64,000 nt of DNA from the NCBI RefSeq assembly GCF_006345805.1, contig NC_043006.1, positions 41,726,001 through 41,790,000 of the forward strand, read 5' to 3'. The DNA is from Octopus sinensis (Eukaryota). The position numbers and the translations under genes were made by a program. Shown piece after piece: positions 38,421 to 52,791 of this stretch. Numbering within the stretch: position 1 is the first letter of the stretch; each line of letters begins with the position of its first letter. The notes under the pieces were generated by a model that had not been told where the DNA came from, ran no database searches, and saw nothing but the letters and a program-made list of their open reading frames with translations.

Positions 38421-40177
38421 GGCTGTTCCTATTAATTATACTTCTGAAAGGATATTTTCAAAGAAATGTGTTTACAGGTGGTCAAATCAAATGAAACAAC
38501 GAAATCCAATCCCAAAGTCTTTAATACCAGTCCATTGTTATTTTCGTATGATATTTCAGATAATAACAATGCGTTTAAAAACATTTTGCTGTTTAAAATA
38601 CATTTTCCCCATTCCCCTCTTTACTCATCGCTGTGTCGCCATAGTAGTAGTAGTAGTAGCTGGTTGTGATGGTGGCGAATGGAAAAGTGGATAGTGCTAA
38701 CAAATTGTTTTAAATTTCCCTACAACAAAACAAGCGAAACGCCGGAGAATTATTGAATTCATTTTCAAATTAGAATTATAGAGCGAGAAATTTATCAATA
38801 AGATTTAGGAGAAAAAAAAAACAAAGAAAAAACTAAAAAGCTGTAAAGTACAATACGTATAAACGGTAACAATAACTACTGCAATAATAAGGAAATATAT
38901 TCACAATGTCCCCCAAATTACAAATATGGAAGAAGATGAAAACATCTTTCATTTGTTGTTTTTTTGTTTGTTTTTTGTCTTTTTGTTTTAATTTCTTTCA
39001 CGCTTACAAGAATCGTCATTTGCTGAAGCTTTGTAAATTTGTCGACTATGAATGGATTAAGATAAATTTTCATTTACAATCGACATTCCAGGATACATTT
39101 CGACGAATATTTTCAACGACTCTGTGGTATTGCTTTTATATACAACATGCAACATTCCATTTTCCTTATTACACAATCTTACATAATTCTAACAAAATAT
39201 TTTTCATCCCAAGAAATCACGTTATCAATCTAAAGAGAATATAGAATTGAGAACATTGAATTGTTTTCTTTTAACGTGGTTAAAGACACAATTTCTGTAA
39301 ATGTTACCTTCGATTCATTCCTTGTAATTATATTAAGGGGTATGATGTTTAGTGACTCAGGAGATAAAGATAATAACATGACAATTTAATCCGCTGTGGG
39401 ATATGGAGCTTTTACTCGGATATTGCGTATTGTCTCGGTGAATGTACAGAGGAAGGGCCTGCAATAGTTATATCGAAAGGGAATTTTGTGAACGAGATAA
39501 GGAAGGTAGCAGGGAAAACAATTAGAAAAACTAGAAAACGTGCATCGATATTTTGAAAGCAATAGGAATCTGCTTTTGCACTAAACAATTTTAAGAAAAG
39601 GTCTTTGAGATGGGATGATGATTATAATGACGTCGGTGGTGATGGTGGTGGTGGTGGGGTGGTGGTGTTTATAATGATGATGATGATGATGACGACGACG
39701 AAAATGACGATTATATTTCCAACATAAACACAAGCAACACCCTTAATGATTAAAAGCTAAATAACTTTAGCACCACGACAACGATGACAAGGAGGAGTAG
39801 AAGGAGGACAACGACGATGAGAAAGATGATTTTGACCACGACAATGACTACGATGATGATTATGATAAGGATGATGATGTAAATGACGATAACCAAGCCT
39901 ACGAACGCACGATACCCTCGTTTAGGACTGATATAATGAATCTTCCTTTGTAATCCGTTTACAATAAATATTATTGTTAATTGAAACGTTACCGAGGGGA
40001 CTTCATTAAAACAATTAATGAACATCTATTGAAGAGCAGGAATAAGATATTGGGGAAATAAATCTCAGAAAACAAAGAGATTAAACGTTTGTCAACAAAA
40101 TATTTCCTAAGCGGAACAGAAATATATGGATCAAAAAATATTATGGCCATAGCAAGCAATCTTTTATCGTGTGTCTT

Positions 40178-40380
40178 TTACTTGTTTCAGACATTTGACT
40201 GCGGCCATGCTGGGACACCATCTTTGAAGGGCTTTAGTCGAACAATTCGACTTTAGGACTGTTTTTTATAAAGCCTAGTGAGTATTCTGTAGGTCGCTTT
40301 TGCCGAACTGCTATTGTTCAGTTATCAAGCGGTGGTGGGGGGCAAACGCAGTCACGAAGACACACACACCACACACACAT
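40178..40380 (-). mobile_element. SINE family A 3' fragment
   Basis: tttacttgtttcagacatttgactgcggccatgctgg...tttgccgaac. Confidence 0.75.
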
Positions 40381-40611
40381 ATATAGTATTAAATTATTAT
40401 ATAATAGTATATATGTATATATAATATGTATAATAGTATATATGTATATATATATATGTATATAATAGTATAAATGTACATATATATTATATATAATAAT
40501 ATATATGTATATATAATATGTATAATAGTATATATGTGTATATCATATATATAGATACACACATACACACATACACACACATATATATATATATACACAC
40601 ACACACACGGA

Positions 40612-40915
40612 TGCGCAATGGCCCAGTGGTTAGGGCAGCGGACTCGCGGTCGTAGGATCGCGGTTTCAATTCCCAGACCGGGCGTTGTGAGTGTTTATTG
40701 AGGAAAACACCTAAAACTCCACGACGTTCCGGCAGGGGTGGTGGTGATCCCTGCTGTGCTCTTTCGCCACAACTTTCTCTCACTCTTTCTTCTGTTGGCC
40801 TCCTCGCTTAGCCAGCGGAGTGGTATCATTTGAAGGCTGAAACACTGCGAAGCGTATTGTAACCAGCGATGTTTAACAACATCTGATAGCCTGGTCTGTC
40901 ACCTAATCACGTGAC
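40612..40915 (+). mobile_element. tRNA-derived SINE with a distinct body (head possibly tRNA-Arg-like)
   Basis: gcaatggcccagtggttagggcagcggactcgcggtcgtaggatcgcggtttcaattccc A/B boxes. Confidence 0.75.
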
Positions 40916-41391
40916 ACACGCGCGCACGTGCATATGTCAAATAGTTTTATGAAATTTCATTTAACAATGAGAAAATTCAAATATCACAAGTTGTTTCGTA
41001 ACTTAAAAACATGTAAATAATTTATATTATTATATTTAATAATAAACAAATTACTTACGAGTCCGCATTACCGCAAAATACAAAAGTTCTTTCAGAATAA
41101 TGCAGAATTTACGTCCTCAGGTGAAAGAATTATTTTGAAATTTTGTCGGGATATTTGCATTTTCATATTGCTAAATAAAATTTCATTAAACTATTTCTCT
41201 GTCACTAATGACTTTATACACTCATTATGGTTTTCTCTTATGACGGTTTTGCCGTTGTGAAACCAGGAATTTGTTTACTTGAAATATTTTGGCATTAGTC
41301 TGGAACCCGACCGTGTAGATTGCCCACAGGTGGGGTTGAGTGCTTCTCTGAAAATCCTCTACCTTTATACCCTACCAAGGACATATATATG

Positions 41392-41527
<136 letters not shown>

Positions 41528-41601
41528 CGTGTGTGTGTGTATGTGTGTGCATGTGTAATCGAAAGTGAAAGACAAAGAACGAAACCTATATATATGTTTT
41601 A

Positions 41602-41768
41602 GGCGCAAGAGTGGCTGTGTAGTAAGTACATTGCTTACCAACCACATGGTTCTGGATTCAATCCCACTGCATGGCACCTTGGGCAAGTATCTTCTACAAT
41701 AGCGTCGGGCTTACAAAAGCCTCGTGAGTGGATTAGGTAGACGGAAACTGAAAGAAGCCCGTCATGTA

Positions 41769-41799
<31 letters not shown>

Positions 41800-41802
41800 T
41801 TA

Positions 41803-41838
<36 letters not shown>

Positions 41839-42060
41839 TGTATGCATGTATGTATATATATGTGTGTTCGTGTGTGTCTGTTCGTCACCCCATCATTGCG
41901 TGACAACCGATGCTGGTGAGTTAACGTCCCCGTAACTAGCGGTTCGGCAAAGGTGACCGATAGAAAACGTACTAGGCTTACTAAGAATAAGTCCTGGGGG
42001 CAATTTGTTCTACTAAAGGCGGTACTCTAGCATGGCCGCAATCAAATGACTGAAATAAGT
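41602..42060 (+). mobile_element. Full-length SINE family A
   Basis: Head, internal microsatellite and 3' body present. Confidence 0.92.
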
Positions 42061-42139
42061 GCGCGCGTGCGTGTGCAGGCTTATGTATTTGCGCGTTTGT
42101 GTGTATTGTAGCTTTGTATATATATATATTCTATATTCT

Positions 42140-42340
42140 AGTGGTCACGGTGTTTCACTCAGGCTTGACACGATCGTGGTTTTTGATTCATACTCCGGTG
42201 TGTCGTGTCATTAAGCAAAACGCTTCATTTGTTACTGCGATTACTTTGTAAATTGTCGTGTGATACGTTGTGCACTTGCATTAGTAATATTGATTTGATG
42301 TAGCAATGGAGATAACACCCAGAACAAATGCTTCATCACT
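42140..42340 (+). mobile_element. Degenerate tRNA-headed SINE fragment
   Basis: tagtggtcacggtgtttcactc..gatcgtggttttgattc..gtgtcattaagcaaaacgcttcattt. Confidence 0.5.
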
Positions 42341-42467
42341 ATAACTACAGTACATATGTATGTGCTTCAGTAAGAAGCTGCAGAACACTCCTTAGAGTGA
42401 AACAATATATATATATGGTTGTACTGTATAGGGGGATAATTATCCCAATTATGTGTTCATTATATTA

Positions 42468-42507
<40 letters not shown>

Positions 42508-42538
42508 TAATATATATACATGCTAATATATATATATA

Positions 42539-42947
42539 GGCGCAGGAGTAGCTGTGTGGTAAGTAGCTTGCTAACCAACCACATGATACCGGGTTCAGTC
42601 CCACTGCGTGGCATCTTGGGCAAGTGTCTTCTGCTATAACCCCGGGCCGACCAATGCCTTGTGAGTGAATTTGGTAGACGGAAACTGAAAGAAGCCTGTC
42701 GTATATATGTATATATATGCATAGGTGTGTATGTGTGTGTGTTTGTGTGTGTTTGTCCCCCTAGCATTGCTTGTCAACCGATGCTGGTGTGTTTACGTCC
42801 CCGTCACTTAGCGGTTCGGCAAAAGAGACCGATCGAATAAGTACTGGCTTGCAAAGAATAAGTTCCGGGGTCGATTTGCTCGACTAAAGGCGGTGCTCCG
42901 GCATGGCCGCAGTCAAATGACTGAAACAAGTAAAAGCGTAAAGAGTA
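42539..42947 (+). mobile_element. Full-length SINE family A inserted at (TA)n
   Basis: Close to the inferred family consensus over the full length. Confidence 0.95.
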
Positions 42948-43016
42948 ATATATATATATATTATATATATATATATATATAATAATATAATAATAATAAT
43001 AATTAATAATAATAAT

Positions 43017-43059
<43 letters not shown>

Positions 43060-43145
43060 GGGAGTAAATATTAATTAATTTTATTTTCATGTTTTGGTTT
43101 ATGTTTTTCATTGTTTGATTTGCCAAATAGTGGTTTTATCTCTAA

Positions 43146-43150
<5 letters not shown>
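43060..43150 (-). mobile_element. (TA)n-abutting element terminus, same family as 3694-3785
   Basis: gccaaatagtggttttatctctaattta then (TA)n. Confidence 0.6.
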
Positions 43151-43218
<68 letters not shown>

Positions 43219-43429
43219 AATGAAGAAATAAATGGGATAATCTGCCACTTATACAGCACAACTAATTACGACTCTAATAGAGCCTCAGGCATATCAAACC
43301 ATGAAAGAGAGAACAAATTTCAAAGGTCAGTGTTGATATCCACTCAATATATTTCAAAACGTCGGAATACTCTACAGCATACATCGGTGCATTCATATAT
43401 ACACAAGATATAATATGAAAATTTATGAA

Positions 43430-44052
43430 TATATAGATATATAAACATACATAAATGTACTTGCGACGTTGTACGTCCGTATTAAAATCAATGAGGATAA
43501 TTAAAATATGCGGATGGTGAAAATGTATAGCGGTAATCCAAATTGATGAGGAAGTTGGTATAAGATGATTTTAAAAAAGGTATCTTCAGCAGGTGAAAAG
43601 TCTGATGGCCGTTCGAGAATACACAGGTTGGCTTTATATATATATATATATATATAAATCCAACCTATGTCTTCTCGAAAATGTGACGTCATACTTGTTA
43701 GTGGGATGATTAAAATTGTGCGCTGAAAAATAAATCAAACAGCGTTTCAACTCTGTGGGAATATGTGTTTGTACGTGAATGTGTGTGTGTTGGTTTGTGT
43801 ATTTGCGTGTGCAATGGAAGTGGGATGGTTCGTCTTTGTTTGCTTAGTATTTGGGTTTATTTTTAATTTGGTTGAATCTTGGTTGTTTCTTTTTTTGTTA
43901 GTCAGTTATTTTTAGCATTTCAACAGAAAAAGTCAATCTAAAATTGCTTTTTAACGTAAGGGTGCCCAAACAAGTCGAATGCTTTCACAGAGGAGGTTTT
44001 ACAGACACATCATCCAAATCGACCGGATGAAACCGGGCTTAGCTGCTAGTAT
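43430..44052 (-). mobile_element. Possible second HINE/Helentron-like element
   Basis: Minus-strand 5' end actagcagctaagcccggtttcatccggtc parallels 15549; 3' end uncertain. Confidence 0.35.
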
Positions 44053-44053
44053 G

Positions 44054-44105
<52 letters not shown>

Positions 44106-44642
44106 AAAAGGATGTGTTATAATACTATTCCACGTATACAACCATAACAATACTAACAATCCAACATTCCACCACCATCAGCTGCCCCACAAATATCATT
44201 ATGGTTTCAACACCTGGGCAGTCCCATTTAATCTGGTGGTGTCACCACACTAAAATAAGTGTTGTTTAGGATCAATATACCAAAGAAGCCACAACTTTCA
44301 AACACATTTACCTTGTGTACAACCTTATCGGTAAATAAATTCAATAAGAAAATTACAACCAACTCCTAAATACGTAACTAAACAGCGACCAATCCATTAA
44401 GTCATACAAAGATTATAATCCCTACTGTCTTGCATAGTATAATATAAAATTGAAAGCTTGATAACCACATTCATTCAATCAGTTTATAGCCAGGATTAAA
44501 TACGAACATTAATAAAACTACAACAAAGAAACATATAAAACAATTGCATCGGTATTAATATTAAACTGCAATAACTAAATAATATGGTAAGGCTTGAAGT
44601 CCATACAAATAATAATCCCACCAATCCTCCATAGTTACTACT

Positions 44643-44712
<70 letters not shown>

Positions 44713-45869
44713 TTTATATATATATCACCCAACGAGACACACCGGAGGCCCCTGAGAACCAGTTGTTAATTGTCCCAGCCGCGAGGAGTCGATGATAGCT
44801 GTGACGAAACAATTGTGATGATTAATAATACATTCTCGTATATTTCATCTTCCGTCTTTCACTTGCCACACACATACACACTTATATATGTGTGTGTATG
44901 TATCTATATATGTATATACACATTTATGTATGCGTGTGTACGTGCCTGCGATAGAGAGGAAAATTTTTATTACTGCTGTTGATGGTGTGAAAACTCAGAT
45001 GAATCCTGGTTAATCAGATCGAAGATGAAACTTATTCATATGAAATTTGTATTCAGAGACATCAAAATGCCAATTTTATCATACACTTGCATATCCTCGC
45101 TCTCAGCATACATAAATATACGTAACTACGCCAGAACAGAAAGTATTTCGTTTGAATTATATCATTATTATTGGTGAGCTGTGTTCAATTGCGAGGCTCG
45201 AGAACAAGGAGTCGGGAGAATATGCAAAATTTGTGCAAGCAATAAAGAGTTCAAGATTTAGTGAATAAACAAGTGTGCACACACTTATAACATTAACGCA
45301 CGCATACACTCATACACACGCACACGCGCGCTTATACCATCACATGAAAATTCACAGTAAAAATACATCAAAAAATTCTTACGTCCTATTAATTATAATT
45401 CAGCATTTAAGCATAGTTTGAAAGTGAATGAAATATCTCCGATCTTCTTCAAAGGAATAAATATATATTTTCTTCAAAGACCTCGAAATAAAATTATTCG
45501 GTTTAGTGTTTTGTTATGTTTACTAAATCGTTAGAATTTTGCCTTTCGGTTTATTTTTTTAACTTCATCTCGTACTTTGAATTCATGGAGATCTTCAAAA
45601 AGACAATTAAGGAAACAGCTGTGTGTGATTACGTGGGTGTAGTGTTATTTCTGCAAGTGGTAGGAGAGACAAGGCTTTAATTTCACAGAATGGCGATTAA
45701 CTTTTTGAGATCTTTGGTGGTGGTGGGGGGATCGGAATTATACAATATGGTCGGGTATGATGACACAATTTAACTACAAAACGATGAAAATAACCTCGTC
45801 TTAAAACAGTCGTCTTAACGGTACGAGCAAATAAATGTACGAACAATGGTAGTTTTTACTCATATAGGA

Positions 45870-46260
45870 ATAAGTCCTAAATTTTGGACGACGAGGTCGG
45901 TTAGTTACATGGACCTCCATTCTTGACTGGTACTTTAGTCAATTGAGACTGGAAAGATTTAAGGTAAAGAAGTCATCGGCGAGATTTGAATCAAAGATCC
46001 AGAAGATGTGTCGCTAAACAGTTGTCCGACGTATTAAGGTTTCTGCTAGTTCACTGTCTTTATGAACTATAATAACTCTTTCTAATTTTGTTACACGACT
46101 AAACCATTTTAAGGAAGATGAAAGTCAATTAAATTGACGCTGGCACTTGTACTATTTTTTTTTATCGAATGCGACAAGGTGAAATGCAATGTCGGTCTTG
46201 GCGAAATTGGAACTGAAAGCGTAAACAACCAGAAGAATTTGCTAACGATATTTTCATTCA
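45870..46260 (-). mobile_element. Two diverged SINE family B fragments
   Basis: ctggtac...gactggaaag...cggcgagatttgaatc; gcaatgtcggtcttggcgaaattggaactga. Confidence 0.6.
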
Positions 46261-47129
46261 CCGTCTTGATATGCACAATATGGCAAAATAGCCATAGATC
46301 GAAGAATTGTAGAAAACCTAACACTCAGTTCAATCATCCCTAATTCTTAAATAATAAAATCTAGCGCACCGCTTGGGAGTCGTTGGCTGAATTCGAATTT
46401 GTTTTTATTTGGTTGATTGAATTTATAGGTTTTCATATCATACCAATGTATATTATGTATGTAACATGGTATAATTATAAACAGGCAAATTTTAGCCTTT
46501 TCTCCTTTTACTCTAAACATAAAGAGAAACCAGCGGCGAATCATCTTGCAAATCTGTTTCGTGATATTTGTTCCGCATCAGATACGTAAGACTATTCTTT
46601 CACTATACAAGAATTTTCGAATCTATGTGACAATAAGTATAGGAATAGCTAGCTTATCAGCATATAGCATTAAGAGCCATTTGTCTGGTATATAACACAT
46701 TGGCCGTCCAGGAATTAAGTTAATGTATATTTCCATAGAATGCAACATGATTCAGAAAGCCTAAATCATGTATAATGTAGATAACACTTATTTACATAGA
46801 ACCCTTCATAATTCAGAATACCTGTGACATGCATTATGTAGATAACAGTAATTTAAAAACCTTCCGCAGCAAAAAAAAAGTCAAATGATGCGAAAACATC
46901 ATACTCTTCTATAAACCTAAAAGGCTCACTCTTCTCTGACTTCTCTCTCTCTTTCTCCTTCACTCCCCCTCCCCCTCTCTCTCTCTTTCACTCCCCCTCC
47001 CCCTCTCACTTTCTCTGTTTCTTCTTTGTTGCAGTTTGAGGCTTACTTAAAGACATGAAAATTTATTTTCACATTTTGTTTACTTGTTTTCTGTTATTAG
47101 TGTCTAAAATGTGAAGACACGTTTCTTAA

Positions 47130-47350
47130 TGGTTAGGAAGTTGGATTGATCATGGTAAGATCACGGTTTTGATTCCTGGACTGGGCGACGCGTTAAGTTC
47201 ATGAGCAAAACACTTCGTTTCACGTCGCTCCAGTACACTCAGCTAACAATATTGAGTAATCCTACGACGGACCGGCGTCCCGCCCATGGTGGAGCATATG
47301 CTTCATACAAACCACGAAACCGACCTTATGGGTGTATATGACTCGAAGTG
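47130..47350 (+). mobile_element. tRNA-derived SINE (family C-like), diverged
   Basis: taatggttaggaag...ggttttgattcctggac...gagcaaaacacttcgtttcacgtcgctccag. Confidence 0.7.
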
Positions 47351-47394
47351 GATCTTTATCCTAGTTGCTAAACAGAAGGTGGCAAGCAGGCAGC

Positions 47395-47920
47395 GACCTT
47401 ACTACACCGGCCAAAATTTCAAACGGTATTTCGTTCTGAGCTCAAATCCAGCCGAGATAGACTGTGCCTTTTGTCGTTTCCGAGCTAATAAAAAAAGTTC
47501 CAGTTTAACTACTGGGTCTCTGTAATCAATTAACCCCAGTCTCCCAAAATTTTTGGCCCTGTGCATATAATAGAAAAATTCTTTATTAGAATTATTATGC
47601 ACTAGACACCTTTCTAATTCACCTACAAATAATTTCAAATAAGTGAACTAGAAGCAACGGAGTTAAATGTTTGTTGGTAAGCATGTATGAATTCTGTTCA
47701 CATTATTTTAGCTTGGCAGAATCGTTAACACGCTGGACGAAATACTCAGCGGTATTTCACCCGTCGCTACACTGTGAGTTCAAATTCCGCTGAGGTGAGA
47801 TTTTGCCTTTCATCTTTTCGGAGTCGATAAAAATGAGTACCAGCTGAGCACTAGGATTGAGGTAATCGACTAGTCTTCTCTCCCAAAGTTTCAGGCCTTG
47901 TGCCTTTAATAGAAAGGATT
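47395..47920 (+). mobile_element. Two SINE family B copies (~47395-47580 diverged; ~47712-47920)
   Basis: ggcagaatcgttaacacgctggacgaaat...gagttcaaattccgc...gcctttcatc..gtcgataaaaatgagtaccag. Confidence 0.8.
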
Positions 47921-47972
47921 ATTTTAAACCTATACCGTTACCCCGGCAGGTCTGAGGATACCTGAGATTATT

Positions 47973-48395
47973 GGCACAGTTCTACCTGCGTTCTTATATA
48001 CGATTGAGACATAGGCTTCTACGAAGAGGATAGAGCATCGATTGGCTGCGATACAAAGGGCTATGGAAAGATCCGTGCTATTAATACCATTACGAGAGTA
48101 TATTAGAAATGAGATAATACAGTAATCTGAAAACACCGAAAGCACAAGTTCCGCTGGGCCGGACGCTGGGTCGTAAGATTCACAGACAACACATGGATAC
48201 CATGACGTCACCGAGTGATATCACAAAGGGATCGTAAAAGTCCACTTAGAAGGTCTATACGACGATGGAGAGACGATCGAGTTAAGCAATTTTGGTTAAG
48301 ATGCAAAAGAATGGTGCAATTAATACAAAATCAGAAGTGTATTGCAACGAGCGGTGTATAACAACAGTGGATGGTCCGGTTGATGATGTGATGTT
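47973..48395 (+). mobile_element. RTE-clade LINE 3' fragment
   Basis: VLPAFLYTIET*..KRIEHRL..QRAMERSVL..LREYIRNEII / KFRWAG..R..DNTW / RDRK.P..R..RRWRDD; tail cagtggatgg..gatgatgtgatg. Confidence 0.85.
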
Positions 48396-48904
48396 GTGAT
48401 ACTGTTACAGTCTTTTACAATGATTGTTGTGCATTCAACACTGTGTGAAATATTAATCCAATGCGTTTACGATATACACAATCTTTCCCTTCATTTTGTT
48501 TGCGTTCTATTCTGTCTACTTCATAAATACTTAAGTATTTCTAAGTCTGTGGTCGGCCAAATTCTCTTTCTAAGGTTTGCTTCTTTATTTCAGATGACAG
48601 AGATTTTTAATTAATTGTCTTACCTTTCAAGGTGTTCTAAGCACATTTTTCTATTCCAAAAGTCTCATCAATTAGATCAGTGCACAAGTGTAACAATGCC
48701 TTTCTCTTTCATCCTTGTAAGTGTAAATTGGAGGCCATCACTATACAAAGATAATTAATTGGCCTCGTATATCATTTCCATTTGAGTCGTAGTTTGTTTC
48801 AATACGTATGTTAAAACCTCGAAAGTAAGGCGTGGTGAACGGTACTTCTTCTTAAATATTTCATTTAGTCTGTATTTGCTATGAATATTAATGCTGTTTA
48901 TAAG

Positions 48905-49125
48905 TTGGCGATCTGCCAGATTCGTTACGGTGCCGCACAAAATATTTAGTGGCATTTCATCCGACTCATTACATTCCGAGTTCAAATTCCAGCGAACGTC
49001 AATTTTGCTTTTCATGTTTTCGGAGTCGATATAACAAAGTACCTGCTTCGTATTTGTGTCGACGTAATCGACTTCCTCTTCTCCTTAGAATTGCTGGCCT
49101 TGTGCCCAAATTAGAAAGTAATATT
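48905..49125 (+). mobile_element. SINE family B
   Basis: ggcgatctgccagattcgtta...gagttcaaattcc...ggagtcgatataacaaagtacc...ggccttgtgccc. Confidence 0.8.
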
Positions 49126-49635
49126 ATGTTTTAGCTTTGCTTTAATATATACAACCTACATCCAAGTCTCAACCAGCGACGCCAAGGGACATTAAGATTT
49201 TGTATCCATAGATTCTAACAATCGAGCTGTCGTGGAATCGTAAAAAAAACTGATGCCTTTGTAAATTAATGAATGAAACCCTGAATGAATTAAATTGCAT
49301 AAACATAGAATGGAATTTACGTTAAATATGAGAGATAGCCATAAATATAATCGTTTGCAATTTACTTATTTTGGAGATGCCAGGAACTTGGTAAATACAT
49401 TTTGATATTATTTTGACATCATTCCAAGTGACCTAATAACACTAGGCATTGCTGTTGCTTTGAAATGTCACATTTTTCTGACTTCATTTTCGAAGCCCTT
49501 ATATTTACTCAGTTTATCAAAAACGTTTCCAGAGATATGGTTTTGTCAGCTGGCACTTCAGCACGTCTCTTGAACATGATTCTTCACTCTATGTGGTCAG
49601 TTAGCCTGTATTTGCCGATCAGTATAAACATTGAA

Positions 49636-49758
49636 ATTGTTGTTGTTGTTGTTGTTGTGTTGTTGTTGTTGTTGTTCTTTTTCTTCTTCTTCTTCTTCTT
49701 CTTCTTCTTCTTCTTCTTCTTCTTCTTCTTCTTCTTCTTCTTCTTCGTATTATTATTA

Positions 49759-49819
<61 letters not shown>

Positions 49820-49821
49820 CA

Positions 49822-49865
<44 letters not shown>

Positions 49866-49940
49866 TTGTAGTAGTGATACTACTATTGCTACTACTACTA
49901 CTAGTTGCAGTAGTAGTAGTAGTAGTAGTAGTAGTAGAGC
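49636..49940. repeat. Compound (GTT)n-(TTC)n-(TTA)n-(CTA/AGT)n trinucleotide array
   Basis: Directly visible. Confidence 0.95.
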
Positions 49941-51546
49941 CGGTTGCAGTGTTGATTGGTGTTATAGCCTTGTATTATTTTGCCTGATGGTTCTTCAAAG
50001 CATGTGTTCAAGAAAACTTCAAACTTCACTCTATGACCGCCGGTTCAACTTGCCAATCATCTGTCTCAAACATCTGTTCTTTTTTACCTGTAGCAATGCC
50101 ACATTTTTTTTTATACATATTCACGCATATGCAGATAACATCACATCACAGGTATATTTCGCCTTACGCTTTTAAAATCCTCGCACCTAACAACAGTGAG
50201 TCAAAAGTGCTAATCCTCACATTTTTAATTATGTGCATTATCGTAGTCTCATGGAAAAATTACATAATTAAAGCATAGAAATTTATTATTGTTCACCTTT
50301 TGAAAGAATATTGTCTGGAATAAGGAATAAATCTAAATATTTTCGTTTCGTTTCACATGCAAAATTTATATTTTTTCTTCATATACAAAATTCGCCCTTG
50401 AGATATAAAAATAAAATAAAAATAAAGACTAAATATATTAAAAATTATAATTAAATTAAATCCATTCATTATGTAAAAATCGGATAAATCTATGGGGAAA
50501 GATATTTTATTGGATTTAAGCGGCTATTTTAACGGAAATATGACGCTATACAGCTTTTTCTTCAGACAACAAAACTGAGTTGATTATAAATAAAATCAGT
50601 TGATTATAATTTAGCGAAAGTTCGTCTAGAATCAATAGTGATTGTAGTAAGATATAATGAAATGCAGTTACTACAGAAATGGCGGCCACGCTACTTCCGT
50701 TATCTCAATTGTTACCATGTAGAAAGTTTCTTATTATTTTGCCATCTATATAATGTATTTTGCAACAGACAAAAGAGATTAATATTTGTAATTTTCTTTT
50801 AAAAAACTGCTTTTGCTTGACTGTTGAATTCAAAAATTTAAATAATGTTTTGTGCCCACGCGTATTTCTGTATGTGCGTGGATATTACATTAAATGATAA
50901 GAAATACAAAACTTATTTAAAATGTTAATGAAACTACGTTATTTTTCTGTTTTATTATTTCACACTATTTGCAAATCAATTTCCTTCAATGAGCCGAGTT
51001 TATCTTTAGATTCAGTGCCGTTATGAAAGGAACGCAGCATTCCCATACTGTATAGTATGCTAAACTGCTTCATACATAACGTTGACCTATACATATATAT
51101 GTGTGTGTGTGCGTTTGTGTGCTTGTGTGTGTGAGACTGTGTGTGTGCGTGTATGTTTGTGTATCTATCTATATGTATGTGTATTAATATATATATATAT
51201 ATATATAAGAATGATAATAATGTCAAAATACCATCAGCAGTGGCCAGAAAATTACAGACGTACAGAAAACTTCATAAAATATTCATATATATATGTGTGT
51301 GTGTGTGCTTATATATACATACAAGGGTACTAAATTAGTACCCTCATTGCTAAAAATAGAAGTCAAAAATACGTCTGTGCTACGGAATAGATACAAAATA
51401 ATGGCTTGGCATGAAAAAATTCCAGTGAACAATAAAATCGTCTTACTTGTGCTAATTTCATCAAAAGTAAGTTTGGTTACCTAGGATTCGAAATGGTGCC
51501 AGCTAACGACTACTACTACTAAAATTCGCTCCAACCATGCCTGCAG

Positions 51547-51626
<80 letters not shown>

Positions 51627-52277
51627 AGGTTGCGTATCTGTGTGTGCGTTTCTGCCTGTGCGTGTGTGCGTGTGTGACTGCAAATTTAAAAACTTTATAT
51701 GCCTGTGTACAATTATGCATTGATGAAAATTAAGGCAATAGGAAAGAAACCAGTATTTCTTAATAAAATGTCGATGTAGATGATGGATGAGTATTCATCA
51801 TTACAAATGTTGCTGTCATAAAAGTTTGACATCCAAATACATGTGAACTTTTTGGATATGAACTGAATAAAATCGAGATGCGGAAATTGAATATATGCAT
51901 ACGTATGTATGTAAGTATTAATATATATATATATGTGTGTGGGTGTGTTTGCGTCTGTACATACGTACATACATACACACGACTCCATCTCTCTTGCCGC
52001 AGGTACCATGTCTCCTTTTCAGTCGTTTGAAAAGTGTCCTCACTTGGCTAACACTTACTTTGACTTTTATTTATAGCAATGGCCCCTTCCGACACCATGT
52101 AGCGACAAATGCCTTTCGGTTGTAAATTACGAATAGCTACCTTAACAATTCACACACACACACATATATATATATATTATATATTATATATATATATTAT
52201 ATATAATATATATATATACTTTATTTTAATATATAATATATATATATATATAATATATATATATATATGCCTTATTG

Positions 52278-52325
<48 letters not shown>

Positions 52326-52353
52326 CTTTATTTAAAAGCAGCAGAAATATAAC

Positions 52354-52390
52354 AAAACTGTTACTCGGCGTTTCACGTTCCCGTTCGTCA
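52354..52390 (-). ncRNA. 5'-truncated minimal hammerhead motif (third family)
   Basis: Minus strand tgacga acg-ggaa-cgt GAAAC gccga GTA acagtttt; the C of CUGA and the 5' stem I strand are replaced by (TA)n. Confidence 0.6.
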
Positions 52391-52404
52391 TATATATATA
52401 TATA

Positions 52405-52448
<44 letters not shown>

Positions 52449-52791
52449 TGTATATATAAAAATATTAATACTATTAAAGTATTTATATAATAGTATTAAT
52501 ATTTTTATACAATGGAGCACTCAATATAAATTCAGTATATAATATTCTTATTGAATATATTTACCTAAAGATTTATGTCTGTATATATATACAATAATGC
52601 TATCTTTTCTCCGATTTTAAAGCTACAATTTTTAATATGACCGAAAAATAGTGAGCTAATCTCCGGCTGAATCGAACTCACAAATCGATGCTTTCATGGC
52701 TCCTTGCGAATCTGATTGGTCGAGTGCTCAACCATCAATTCAATGTCAGTCAAATTTAGTTAATATATAATTAAACTGTCTTAAAACTACA

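Noticed and set aside
44130-44710. Faint resemblance to an R4/Dong 3' end (LG.VP, IQKI) before (TAA)n
   Set aside because: Too degenerate and frame-inconsistent to support by eye
49465-50175. 236-aa ORF, the longest in the track
   Set aside because: Open only because of (GTT)(TTC)(TTA) arrays; poly-V/F/L artefact
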